From contig JACQID010000003.1 in the NCBI GenBank assembly GCA_016198685.1, forward strand, positions 1 through 31,468: a stretch of 31,468 nucleotides of DNA, given 5' to 3'. This stretch comes from Candidatus Aenigmatarchaeota archaeon (lineage in GTDB: Archaea > Aenigmatarchaeota > Aenigmatarchaeia > GW2011-AR5). The notes beneath the pieces were generated by a model, which worked only from the letters and a program-made list of their open reading frames with translations, searched no databases and was not told where the DNA came from. Shown here piece by piece: positions 16,213 to 25,067 of the stretch (position 1 is its first letter; each line of letters starts with the position of its first letter). Made by a program: the position numbers and the translations under genes.

Positions 16213-17390
16213 AACCCAAGCACCCTTTTCATGTTTTCCCTCACTCTTTCTTCAAACGCATGGACCGTTTCACCTTCCTGTTTTTCGTCATTAAGTGAAT
16301 ACATTACGTTTCTTGCCATCTCTTTCTCTTTCGGGAACGTTTTGGTAACGCAAAATTCTTCAGCGACTTTATCCTCTATCGCTTCAATAGAAAGCGAAGA
16401 TGATTCTTTGTTTTGTTCGTATTCACGCGAAGAAATGCCCATAAAATTCTTTTTGACGGAAAATGCGCCTTTGCGTATTCCCGCTTCTTTTATTGCCGCA
16501 AAACTGATATCTGAGGGATTGCCGGCATTTAATATGCCTGATGCCTTGACTATCAAAAGCTTGCCGTTGAGTTCAAGCTGCTGGACTCCTGCGATCAGTT
16601 CCTTTTCCACATCCGACGGATTCTTTGCATCCGCATTAGTGGAAATCGTTTCAACTTCGAATAGCTTGACAGAAACGCGTCTGATTTTTCCATCTTCCAC
16701 TATCCGGATAGCCGAGTCGTATGATTCCATCTCGGGCACTTCAGTAGGAAATAACACGCCCGGAAATATTATTCCTCCTTCTTCGGACGGGACATGCACA
16801 TGACCTGCCGCATAGTAATCAAAGTTTTTCGGAAGCATGCCTAACGGCACTGCTGCCATATCTTTCAGATGCTTTGGCCTGAATTCTTCTATCGCCGAAT
16901 GAAAAACAAATATTTTGAAGCCTTGTTGTTTTTCAAGCTCTTCCCTTTCGAGCCGCCGGAAGTAATCACGTTCCAGCGCTCCTGCTTTGCCCATGATGCC
17001 TGTTATCTTTGCGCCGCTCGCGTCTTCCGTGAAATGCAGCTTTATTGACGTTTCGGTTTCCTCAGGCTTTGCAACATTTGTCAAAAGGCCTGCATTTTCC
17101 ATAACCGTTATGAACGTCTTATCGCTCGGGGAATAATCATGGGATCCCGGGACTACATAAACTCTCACACCGGCATCATGGCATTTTTTAAGGATCCGTG
17201 CAGAGGCAGCCAAGATATCATATGCAGGCATAGGCGTATCGAAGAGATCGCCGCTGATAACTATGAAATCCGCCTTCTCGGACAGCGAAATATCAACCGC
17301 CTTCTCAAAGGCAAGAACGGCCATGCTTCTCAACTCCGGCGATGAGCTCCATGAGCCGAGATGCACGTCCGAGAAATGAGCAAATTTCAT
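16209..17390 (-). CDS. mre11: Mre11/SbcD nuclease
   Basis: HFSDVHLG, SGDLFD, PGSHD, FHSAI, AGHVH; ATGA overlap with rad50. Confidence 0.93.
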   Translation of the reverse strand: MKFAHFSDVHLGSWSSSPELRSMAVLAFEKAVDISLSEKADFIVISGDLFDTPMPAYDILAASARILKKCHDAGVRVYVVPGSHDYSPSDKTFITVMENAGLLTNVAKPEETETSIKLHFTEDASGAKITGIMGKAGALERDYFRRLEREELEKQQGFKIFVFHSAIEEFRPKHLKDMAAVPLGMLPKNFDYYAAGHVHVPSEEGGIIFPGVLFPTEVPEMESYDSAIRIVEDGKIRRVSVKLFEVETISTNADAKNPSDVEKELIAGVQQLELNGKLLIVKASGILNAGNPSDISFAAIKEAGIRKGAFSVKKNFMGISSREYEQNKESSSLSIEAIEDKVAEEFCVTKTFPKEKEMARNVMYSLNDEKQEGETVHAFEERVRENMKRVLGL

Positions 17391-17430
17391 GATTAGAAAT
17401 CGTGCGAAACGTTATATTGTTTTTATCGGG

Positions 17431-18477
17431 CTACCAGCTGTATTTGTTGCAGTAGCTTACGGCTTTCATCAATGTCGTCATCTTCTGCCTGTTGAGGAGG
17501 GCGTAAGCAAGAAGCTTGGTCTTCAGGCCTGCGGACATGTGCGTCAAGTCTTCGCCATCTACCATGTCGCCGAGCCTGTCGAGCACTGTATTGTCCATAT
17601 GCATGAAATATTCCAGCGCAGTTTGGTACTCCCTGGCAAGAACAGGATGCGCCTTGAGTCGCGTGTCGTATTCTTTTATTTTCCCGTCTTTCACGCAGTT
17701 GACAAGCACTTCAGCAGCAAAGATACAGCATGCCATCCCGCCTTTTGTCAACGGATTAGTTATGCCCGCAGCGTCACCCATAAGAAGAACATTCCCTTCC
17801 TGCATCTTCGTCCCGAAGAAAGGAATATTATAAGCTTCTTTCTTGATTATCGTGCCCTTGAGCTTCTTGTCCGCAATGAATGCATCAAGCTGCTTGAGGG
17901 TTCCGAGAAGGCCGACATTTGCGGTCTCGCCTTTCATGAATATCCAGCTGTATTCATCGCTATAGCGCTTGTCAAGGAAGAATTCCATGCCGTCATAATC
18001 ATAATCAATCTTCATCCTGTATTGGACGCCAGGCTTTATCTTCATTGTATTTCCGACAATCTTCCGCGATATCCATGAAAGCGGTCCTGTTGCATCGATA
18101 AGAATATCATATTTCAGATTTTTGAATTTGTTTTCATCTATGTTTTCCCCAAGTATCAGTTTTCCGCCAAGCTCCTGGAATTTCTTTGCCATGGCCCTGA
18201 ACCAGGAAGTCCTGTCCATGGTATAGCAGGGCTTCTGGACATAGGCTTTTTGTCCGGATGGAAATATGAATGTAGCGTGCTTGAATGAATGGGCGGCATA
18301 GGAATCCCACGGACCGAAAGGCACGCGGGAAAGCGTTTCCTTGCTAAGTCCTTCAGCGCACAAAGTGCTGACTATTTCTTTCTGTTTTTCTATTATTGTA
18401 GGCTGGAATCCTGCTTCCAGCAGCTTCAGCCCGGTAATGAGACCCCCGGGACCTGCGCCTATTATTGTTATGTCCAT
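17431..18477 (-). CDS. FAD-dependent oxidoreductase, geranylgeranyl reductase family
   Basis: GAGPGG, LCAEGLS, DATG, YSWIF, GDAAG..NPLT.GG. Confidence 0.85.
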   Translation of the reverse strand: MDITIIGAGPGGLITGLKLLEAGFQPTIIEKQKEIVSTLCAEGLSKETLSRVPFGPWDSYAAHSFKHATFIFPSGQKAYVQKPCYTMDRTSWFRAMAKKFQELGGKLILGENIDENKFKNLKYDILIDATGPLSWISRKIVGNTMKIKPGVQYRMKIDYDYDGMEFFLDKRYSDEYSWIFMKGETANVGLLGTLKQLDAFIADKKLKGTIIKKEAYNIPFFGTKMQEGNVLLMGDAAGITNPLTKGGMACCIFAAEVLVNCVKDGKIKEYDTRLKAHPVLAREYQTALEYFMHMDNTVLDRLGDMVDGEDLTHMSAGLKTKLLAYALLNRQKMTTLMKAVSYCNKYSW

Positions 18478-18482
18478 AGTAT

Positions 18483-19100
18483 CTATTCTTTCAAGGCAGT
18501 TATTATGCTTTCCGGCGTGTGAATTATCACGTCGGCGTTCTTAAGCCTTTCTTCTCCATGGAAGCCGTAAGACACGGCTATCACTTTCTTGATTCCTGCG
18601 GCCCGTGCAGCGATTATATCGGTGTCCGTGTCGCCTATATAACACGACTCCTCGGCCTTCGAGCCCAGAAGCGAAAGGCATTTTATTATCTGATACGGGT
18701 CAGGCTTCACCCTGATTTCGCTGCCGTCTACGATGGCTTTTATGTAGTTTGTCATTCCGTGAAAGTCGAGATGCATGTTTATGAAGTCTTTGAATCCGTT
18801 GGAGACTATGCCGATAGAGTAACTTTGCTGCAAATCTGCCAGCACTGCTTGCATGCCATTAAAGATTTTGACCTCCCGGAATCGTTTAAGGCTTTCTGAT
18901 TTCAGGAATGGCATGAATTCATGCACGCGATTTTCAAGCCCTGCGTTCCTGAAGGTTTCTTTTGCGCTTCCTGTTAGAAACTTTGATTTCTCAAGCTGCA
19001 CGCCATGTAATCGCAGAAAGCCGCTTCCTATCTCGTAGATCATGTCTTTTGAGTCGGCTATGACACCGTCATAATCAAAAATTACCGTGTTGATTGCCAT
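18483..19100 (-). CDS. HAD-family hydrolase (phosphoglycolate phosphatase-like)
   Basis: FDYDGVIADS, IVSN, KPDP, YIGDTDTD; start set at ATG 19100. Confidence 0.9.
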   Translation of the reverse strand: MAINTVIFDYDGVIADSKDMIYEIGSGFLRLHGVQLEKSKFLTGSAKETFRNAGLENRVHEFMPFLKSESLKRFREVKIFNGMQAVLADLQQSYSIGIVSNGFKDFINMHLDFHGMTNYIKAIVDGSEIRVKPDPYQIIKCLSLLGSKAEESCYIGDTDTDIIAARAAGIKKVIAVSYGFHGEERLKNADVIIHTPESIITALKE

Positions 19101-19211
19101 AACAATAAATATCCGGCAGTATTTTAATGCGAACGTGGCAATAGCCGCAAAAACGCCCAGTTTCTTTAAATACTGGGGGAAACATATAACGATAAAGTTC
19201 TTTCTCGATGG

Positions 19212-19361
19212 ATGCGTGATACGGTGCAAAAGACGAAAAAATCCAAATATAAGAAAGTGCATCTCGAAGCCTGGAAATGCGGTGGTTGCGATTTCGAGTG
19301 CGCATACAAAACACTGAAATGCCCCCTTTGCAGCTGCCTTGGCATGATAAAGATAATTTAA
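19212..19361 (+). CDS. 49-aa zinc-ribbon microprotein (CGGC...CPLC)
   Basis: Translated by hand: MRDTVQKTKKSKYKKVHLEAWKCGGCDFECAYKTLKCPLCSCLGMIKII; CATATAAC about 25 nt upstream. Confidence 0.72.
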   Translation: MRDTVQKTKKSKYKKVHLEAWKCGGCDFECAYKTLKCPLCSCLGMIKII

Positions 19362-19417
19362 TTTTTAAGCGGCGGATGCCGCACTCCTTTTTAATTAAAC
19401 AAATACGTATTATTGTC

Positions 19418-20386
19418 ATGAAAGGCATTACCGCGGTCATTGCAGTTATTTTATTGTTACTTATTACTGTTGCGATAACGGGATTCTCGTTTACATTTTT
19501 GGGAAGAACGCAAAATGTCCTTGAAAACGAAACGCGAGAAGCTGCAGAAGTTGAAATCACCAAGACCCAAGAGAGTTTTAGGGTAGTTTCTACACAAGGA
19601 AACAAAATCTACATAAGGAACACAGGACCGCATGATTTGCAAAATCTTGAATTTTTTGTTGACGGATCGCCCGCAGAGGTCACAAGTAATTGTCCGGAGG
19701 GCATAAAGCCGCAAACAGTCTGTATTTTTGAAATCGCCGCAGAAGAAGGTGAACATGAAATTATTATATTAGGCAATGCGCAAGAGCAAGATATTACAAT
19801 GAATGTGGTTTCTGAATCAACTACCACTATAACGACGAGTACAACCATGACAACATCAACTACAACAATGCCATTGCCTGAAAAATTCGTATTTGTTACA
19901 TCGGCAACCGGTACAGGAAAATTAAGCACATGGTCAGATTCGGGCGGAGAAACCGGGATAAGTGCTGCAGATAAAATATGCGACAATCTGGCTGAAGCGG
20001 TTTCTGGGCTTACAGGAAAAAACTGGGTTGCATGGCTCTCGTCATCATCAGCGCATGCGAAAGACCGGATAAGAGATGCAGTTTATAAAATGCCGGATAA
20101 CGCGGTAATTGCAAACACGAAGGCAGATCTACTAGATGGCGTCATTTTGAATCCGATACTTGTGGATGAAAACGGGGCAGTTATTTCATCGGTATATAAT
20201 GCATGGACTGGAAGTGATTGGAATGGGAATAGCGTAAGTTCATATACATGCAATGAATGGGCAGATGATGGTTCCTCTTCAGGGATGTTTGGATTTGCGG
20301 AAGAAACAGGCACTGCATGGACATATGGAAGTTCAAGTGGAATTGCGTGTACCAATGTTTACAGATTGTATTGCTTTGAGGTCTAA
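19418..20386 (+). CDS. Class III signal-peptide (pilin-like) surface protein with Thr-rich linker and DUF1554-like C-terminal domain
   Basis: MKG|ITAVIAVILLLLITVAI; TTTITTSTTMTTSTTT linker; FVFVTS...AADKIC..LA...WVAWLS...WTG...LYCFE. Confidence 0.85.
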   Translation: MKGITAVIAVILLLLITVAITGFSFTFLGRTQNVLENETREAAEVEITKTQESFRVVSTQGNKIYIRNTGPHDLQNLEFFVDGSPAEVTSNCPEGIKPQTVCIFEIAAEEGEHEIIILGNAQEQDITMNVVSESTTTITTSTTMTTSTTTMPLPEKFVFVTSATGTGKLSTWSDSGGETGISAADKICDNLAEAVSGLTGKNWVAWLSSSSAHAKDRIRDAVYKMPDNAVIANTKADLLDGVILNPILVDENGAVISSVYNAWTGSDWNGNSVSSYTCNEWADDGSSSGMFGFAEETGTAWTYGSSSGIACTNVYRLYCFEV

Positions 20387-20428
20387 ATGATTTTTTATAC
20401 TTTCGCTTTCAAGGGAATAGTGTCGCAG

Positions 20429-22123
20429 ATGAAGCTTATTGTTGTGACGGGCGGGGTCATTTCCGGAGTCGGAAAAGGCATCGCAACCGCTTCTATCGCA
20501 AAAATTCTCAAGGAATACGGCTTCTCGGTAACGTGCGTGAAGATAGATCCCTATATTAATTACGATGCCGGCACGCTCCGGCCGACAGAGCACGGCGAAG
20601 TCTGGGTCACCGAGGACGGCGGGGAGATAGACCAGGACCTTGGCAATTACGAGCGTTTTCTGAACCAGGATATACCAAAGAAGAATAATCTTACCACAGG
20701 CCAGGTTTACAAAGCCATAATAGATCGCGAAAGGAACGGGGAATACCTCGGCGAAACCGTGCAGTTCATTCCGCATGTTCCTGAAGAAATAAAAAAAAGA
20801 ATACTTGATGCCGGAAAGGGCTTTGATTTTACAATAGTTGAAATAGGCGGAACTGTAGGCGACTATGAAAATATACCGTTTCTGTTTGCAGCCAAAAGCC
20901 TGCAGATACAGCTTGGACGGGAAAACGTTGCAAACGTCTTAGTCAGTTACATTCCCGTGCCGCCGAACATCGGGGAAATGAAATCCAAGCCAACGCAGCA
21001 TTCTATACGCCTCCTTAATGAAAACGGCATAGACGTGGATTTTGTGCTTTGCCGGGCCATTGCTCCTATAGACGATGTAAGGAAAAAAAAGATAGGACTT
21101 TATGCCAATATAGCGGCTGATAATATAATTTCAGCCCCTGATGTCAAGAGCATCTATGAGGTGCCTCTGAACTTCGAGAAGGAAAAACTTGGAGAAAAAC
21201 TCATGAAGCGGCTTGGCATAAAAAAGAAAAAGGAGCCTGACTGGACTGCATGGCAAAAACTGACAAATAAAATATTGAACCCTTTAAAGAGAATCGATAT
21301 AGCGATTGTAGGCAAGTATGTTGACATTGGCAATTACGAACTCGCGGATTCGTATATCTCAGTGAATCAATCGCTCGATCATGCGGGCGCACATGCCGGA
21401 GTAGGCATCAATATTCATTGGGTGGACTCAAAGAAGCTGGAAAACGCCGCCAATACGGGTATGCTGAAAAATTACAGCGGAATAATAGTGCCTGGAGGTT
21501 TCGGCTCTTCCGGCATAGAAGGCAAGATAAATGCAATACGTTTTGCAAGAGAAAACAATATCCCTTATCTTGGCTTGTGCTATGGCCTGCAGCTGGCTGT
21601 CGTGGAATTCGCAAGGAACGTTTGCGGAATGAAAGCGCATACAACAGAAGTCGACAAAGAGACTAAAGATCCTGTTATAGCAATTTTGGAATCGCAAAAG
21701 AAGATATTGCAGGAACGCCAGTATGGAGGCACGATGCGGCTTGGAAGCTATGCTGCAATGCTGAAGCCTTCAATGATACTTGAGTTATACAGAAAAACCG
21801 GCAGGCTCGAGAGGGACATGAAGAAACTACTGTCAATTAAGGAAGACTTCCGGCTGGGCAAGATCAAAGGAGATACTGCAGTATTGGAAAGGCACAGGCA
21901 CAGGTATGAAGTCAATCCTTCGTACATAGCAAGGCTGGAAGCAAAAGGGCTGTCCTTCCCGGGTTTCCATGAAACCAAAGATGGAACAAAACTGATGGAA
22001 TTCATAGAAATTCCAAAGCACAAGTTCTTTGCAGCAACCCAGGCGCATCCTGAGTTCAAATCGCGCCTGGAAGACCCGTCGCCCTTATTCCTTGGATTTA
22101 TAGAAGCCTGCATTAAGCGTTAA
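20429..22123 (+). CDS. pyrG: CTP synthase
   Basis: VTGGVISGVGKG, KIDPYIN, GEVWVTEDGGEIDQDLGNYERF, GLCYGLQ, ERHRHRYEVN, QAHPEF. Confidence 0.97.
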   Translation: MKLIVVTGGVISGVGKGIATASIAKILKEYGFSVTCVKIDPYINYDAGTLRPTEHGEVWVTEDGGEIDQDLGNYERFLNQDIPKKNNLTTGQVYKAIIDRERNGEYLGETVQFIPHVPEEIKKRILDAGKGFDFTIVEIGGTVGDYENIPFLFAAKSLQIQLGRENVANVLVSYIPVPPNIGEMKSKPTQHSIRLLNENGIDVDFVLCRAIAPIDDVRKKKIGLYANIAADNIISAPDVKSIYEVPLNFEKEKLGEKLMKRLGIKKKKEPDWTAWQKLTNKILNPLKRIDIAIVGKYVDIGNYELADSYISVNQSLDHAGAHAGVGINIHWVDSKKLENAANTGMLKNYSGIIVPGGFGSSGIEGKINAIRFARENNIPYLGLCYGLQLAVVEFARNVCGMKAHTTEVDKETKDPVIAILESQKKILQERQYGGTMRLGSYAAMLKPSMILELYRKTGRLERDMKKLLSIKEDFRLGKIKGDTAVLERHRHRYEVNPSYIARLEAKGLSFPGFHETKDGTKLMEFIEIPKHKFFAATQAHPEFKSRLEDPSPLFLGFIEACIKR

Positions 22124-22488
22124 ATCCTGATTTCCCTGAAATCAATTTTGCCGTTCTTCACGAGCCATCTGATTTCCTTCTGCCTTTCAGAGAGCTGCGA
22201 ACCGGCAGTCTTGAATTCAATGAACACTATAGCGTCTTTTTCGAATTGGACGCCGTCTATAGGCGCGCCGAGAAAGCGGAAATTCTGCCTGTCATAAGGG
22301 TATGAATCAAGAAAAGGGAAAAACTGCTCGCTCATTTTTCCGTATTTAACCGAAAGGCTCCTGCCCCGGAACTTCTCGCCATCCAGCATGCCCCTAAGCT
22401 CACTGGAATTCTTTCTTTCAATATAATATAGAACCGCGAAAAGTGCCGCAGCAAGCGCGAGTGCCATAATTATTTCTTCGTATGCCAT
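22120..22488 (-). CDS. Holliday-junction-resolvase-like PD-(D/E)XK endonuclease with N-terminal TM
   Basis: GK..EQF.PF, RFLGAPIDGV.F, FIEFKT, LS.RQ..IR..V..G. Confidence 0.85.
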   Translation of the reverse strand: MAYEEIIMALALAAALFAVLYYIERKNSSELRGMLDGEKFRGRSLSVKYGKMSEQFFPFLDSYPYDRQNFRFLGAPIDGVQFEKDAIVFIEFKTAGSQLSERQKEIRWLVKNGKIDFREIRI

Positions 22489-22751
22489 GATATCACAGAC
22501 GGGCGGTCATATATCCAGATGCATTATTTTTGTGCATATAATATCTTTGTACAGGTGAAGGGCATTGTCAGATGTCTCATTATTATCTGCTTCACCTGCT
22601 TTAGAAGATGATATTTTTCATCTCAAAGATTATTTTGCAGGCCGAAGAGGCAAGATATCCCACTGCCTGCCAATCGTTGCCAAAAGTGCCAAATAAATCT
22701 TAAATACTTGTTGTATCACTTAACTAAATAATCGTAAAATGAGGTGAGAAA

Positions 22752-22829
22752 ATGATAAGCGAAGAAGAGGATGATTTTGACGAAGATGATGAGGACGAAG
22801 AAGACTTTGAAGATGACGACGAGGAATAA
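22752..22829 (+). CDS. 25-aa hyperacidic microprotein (MISEEEDDFDEDDEDEEDFEDDDEE)
   Basis: Translated by hand; TTAAATA box at 22700-22706, SD GAGGTGA 22741-22747, ATG 22752, TAA 22827-22829, T-rich tract downstream. Confidence 0.7.
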   Translation: MISEEEDDFDEDDEDEEDFEDDDEE

Positions 22830-22906
22830 AACGGTCTTCGATTTCAATTTTTTCAGTTATCTTAAAAATCCGATACACATAAAAATTTTTAATTACGATT
22901 TGTTAG

Positions 22907-23131
22907 ATGCTCATAGAAATTTTTGAGGCACGGGCGTCTGAGGAAACAGACGCGTATATCATCCAAACTAAAACGAATAATCCGGAAGCCGTCATCAGGA
23001 AAATAAGCATATTCAATGGCGATGCCATGAAAAGGCATCCTGACGTGCTCGCCGCTCTGCGCGAAAAGGGTGCCGAAGGCCTGCCTATAGTGAAAATAGA
23101 CGGCGTGATAGCGCCCTTCAAGGGACGGTGA
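22907..23131 (+). CDS. ArsD-like thioredoxin-fold small protein lacking cysteines
   Basis: N-terminal IEIFE and C-terminal HPDVLAALREKGAEGLPIVKIDG resemble ArsD metallochaperones. Confidence 0.55.
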   Translation: MLIEIFEARASEETDAYIIQTKTNNPEAVIRKISIFNGDAMKRHPDVLAALREKGAEGLPIVKIDGVIAPFKGR

Positions 23132-23241
23132 AATCAGGCTATATAATTATTTATCAGCAGCGCCCGGATGAACTCGCAACGTCCGCGCTTCGCGCAGAAT
23201 TGCGGTTATTCCTTTATATATTTTCACAGCGTTTTTTACGT

Positions 23242-23553
23242 ATGGAGCCTTTCCAGTTCAAAAGAGCGGCCGCTGTTTCTAGAAATATCGCAGAGATAAA
23301 TCCCGAAAAGGATATACGAGTGAGAATACTCGGCAGGGTCATAGACAGGGGAGAAGGCGTCATAGTCGTTGATGACGGATTCGGCAAAGCAGAAATAGTC
23401 ACGGATAGCGAGAAAGGCAATGCAGGAGATGCAGTAAGAATCATTGCACGAGTGCTTCCGCTTGAATCAGGCTATGAACTCAGGGCTGAAATAATACAGG
23501 ACATGTCCAAGCTTGACATGGAGCTTTACAGAAAGGCTGCAGAAAGCCAATAA
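23242..23553 (+). CDS. Replication protein A small subunit (RPA14-like OB fold)
   Basis: KRAAAV.R.I.EI...DIRV.ILGRVI, VVDDG.G.A, VR.IARV, AEIIQDMS.LD; TTTATATA box at 23213-23220. Confidence 0.85.
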   Translation: MEPFQFKRAAAVSRNIAEINPEKDIRVRILGRVIDRGEGVIVVDDGFGKAEIVTDSEKGNAGDAVRIIARVLPLESGYELRAEIIQDMSKLDMELYRKAAESQ

Positions 23554-23563
23554 GTGATCAATC

Positions 23564-24313
23564 ATGTTCAAAGCCGAGATAACCGATGCAAAGCTTTTAA
23601 GGGACAGCCTTGATGCGGTTTCCGAGCTTATAGATGAGGCAGAGCTCTCAGTCAGTCCCGAGGGAATGCGCATAGTAGCTTCTGACAGGGCAGTTGTCGC
23701 AGTCGTCAATTTTTTCATAAGCAAGAATGCTTTTGACAGCTATGAATGCGACAAGGAGGCAAGCCTTGGCATTAATCTTACAAGCATGATGCAGATACTC
23801 AGAAGATGGAAAGACGAAAAAATGACTATAAGCGCTGAAGAAAACAAGATAACCCTTAGTTTTGCCGGGAAATCGAGAAGGAATTTTACTCTTCCTGTCA
23901 TAGATGTTTCTAAGGAGGAATCGCCTGATCTCGCTAAGCTTGAATCAGGGTTTACCGCTACAATTGCAGTAAATTCCGATGCCTTCTCCAGCGGCATTGA
24001 GGATGCAGAACTTGTGGGGGACTCTGTTGTCTTTACGGTTCGCAAAGACATCTTTATACTGAACTCCGAAAACGATTCGTCTTCCACAAGGCTGGAAATG
24101 CTGCCGGGTGAATCATTGAACATAATGGGCGTTGCCGAGCCGGTCCGGGCAAGATATTCGATAGATTACATGAAGAAAATGCTTAAAGCACGCAAGCTTT
24201 CCGAGACAGCGAAGCTTTCGCTTTCTTCGGAATACCCCCTCAGGCTTTCGTTCAGCGTTCCGGAGAAACTCGAGCTTTCCTTTATATTGGCTCCGCGAGT
24301 AGAAGAAAGCTAA
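23564..24313 (+). CDS. pcn: PCNA sliding clamp
   Basis: MFKAEITDAK, ASDRAVVAVV, YSIDY..KM.K, PL.LSF, FILAPRVE. Confidence 0.95.
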   Translation: MFKAEITDAKLLRDSLDAVSELIDEAELSVSPEGMRIVASDRAVVAVVNFFISKNAFDSYECDKEASLGINLTSMMQILRRWKDEKMTISAEENKITLSFAGKSRRNFTLPVIDVSKEESPDLAKLESGFTATIAVNSDAFSSGIEDAELVGDSVVFTVRKDIFILNSENDSSSTRLEMLPGESLNIMGVAEPVRARYSIDYMKKMLKARKLSETAKLSLSSEYPLRLSFSVPEKLELSFILAPRVEES

Positions 24314-24342
24314 GATTTAAACGAGCAAAATCATTATTTTTC

Positions 24343-25026
24343 ATGCAATATTCTGCGAAAGTCCTTGATGCATGGGATGAAGCTGAAGGCATACGGACGG
24401 TGAAATTTTCCCGTGGATTCGATTTTCTGCCCGGCCAATTTGCGGTCGTAAGGCTGCCGTGCGACGACACGAGGGCAGGAATACGGACCTTATCGATAGC
24501 CTCATCGCCCACGGAAGATTTCCTCTTATTCACCACAAAACTATCCGATAGCGGATTCAAGCATGCGTTTGCTGCGCTGAAGAAGGGGGATTTGATGACG
24601 GTCAAGGGACCTTCCGGCAATTTTGTTCTTGACGAGAAGAGAGAAGCTATCATGATTTCAGGCGGGGTCGGCATAACGCCTCTGAGAAGCATGATAAAAT
24701 ATGCTACAGACAAGAGTTTGAGTACAAAAATAACGCTGCTTTATTCCAACCGCACGCCTGGCGGCATTGCTTATCGCAAGGATCTTGAGGACATGTCAAA
24801 GGAGAACAATAATTTCCGTCTTGTAAATACGATTACCGGCGACACTGCGGATTGGAAAGGCGAACGCGGAAGGATTGATGAAAATATGATAAGCAAATAC
24901 GCTTCTTCAGGAGCCCGTTATTACATATGCGGCCCGCCTGCAATGGTTGAAGCGGTGCGTAACGCAGTCGTGAACGCAAAAATAGACCAAGGTTCTGTAA
25001 TGGTTGAAGATTTCGAAGGATATTGA
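24343..25026 (+). CDS. Ferredoxin-NADP reductase-like FAD-binding oxidoreductase
   Basis: FLPGQF, RTLSIASSP, GPSGNF, ISGGVGITP, YICGPPAM, EDF.GY. Confidence 0.92.
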   Translation: MQYSAKVLDAWDEAEGIRTVKFSRGFDFLPGQFAVVRLPCDDTRAGIRTLSIASSPTEDFLLFTTKLSDSGFKHAFAALKKGDLMTVKGPSGNFVLDEKREAIMISGGVGITPLRSMIKYATDKSLSTKITLLYSNRTPGGIAYRKDLEDMSKENNNFRLVNTITGDTADWKGERGRIDENMISKYASSGARYYICGPPAMVEAVRNAVVNAKIDQGSVMVEDFEGY

Positions 25027-25067
25027 GCTTTTGAAAGTTATATATATTGGCTCTGGTATCTAAAAAC

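Noticed and set aside
19806-19870. ACN-rich tandem-like repeats here and at 29100-29225
   Set aside because: They encode Thr-rich linkers; not independent DNA repeats.
19880-20386. DGR variable region in the lectin-like DUF1554 domain
   Set aside because: No template repeat or reverse transcriptase is visible in the window.
22636-22655. SRP RNA helix-8-like GCAGGCCGAAGAGGCAAG
   Set aside because: It lacks the GNRA-capped stem and the AGCA strand of the conserved internal loop; no helix 6 context.
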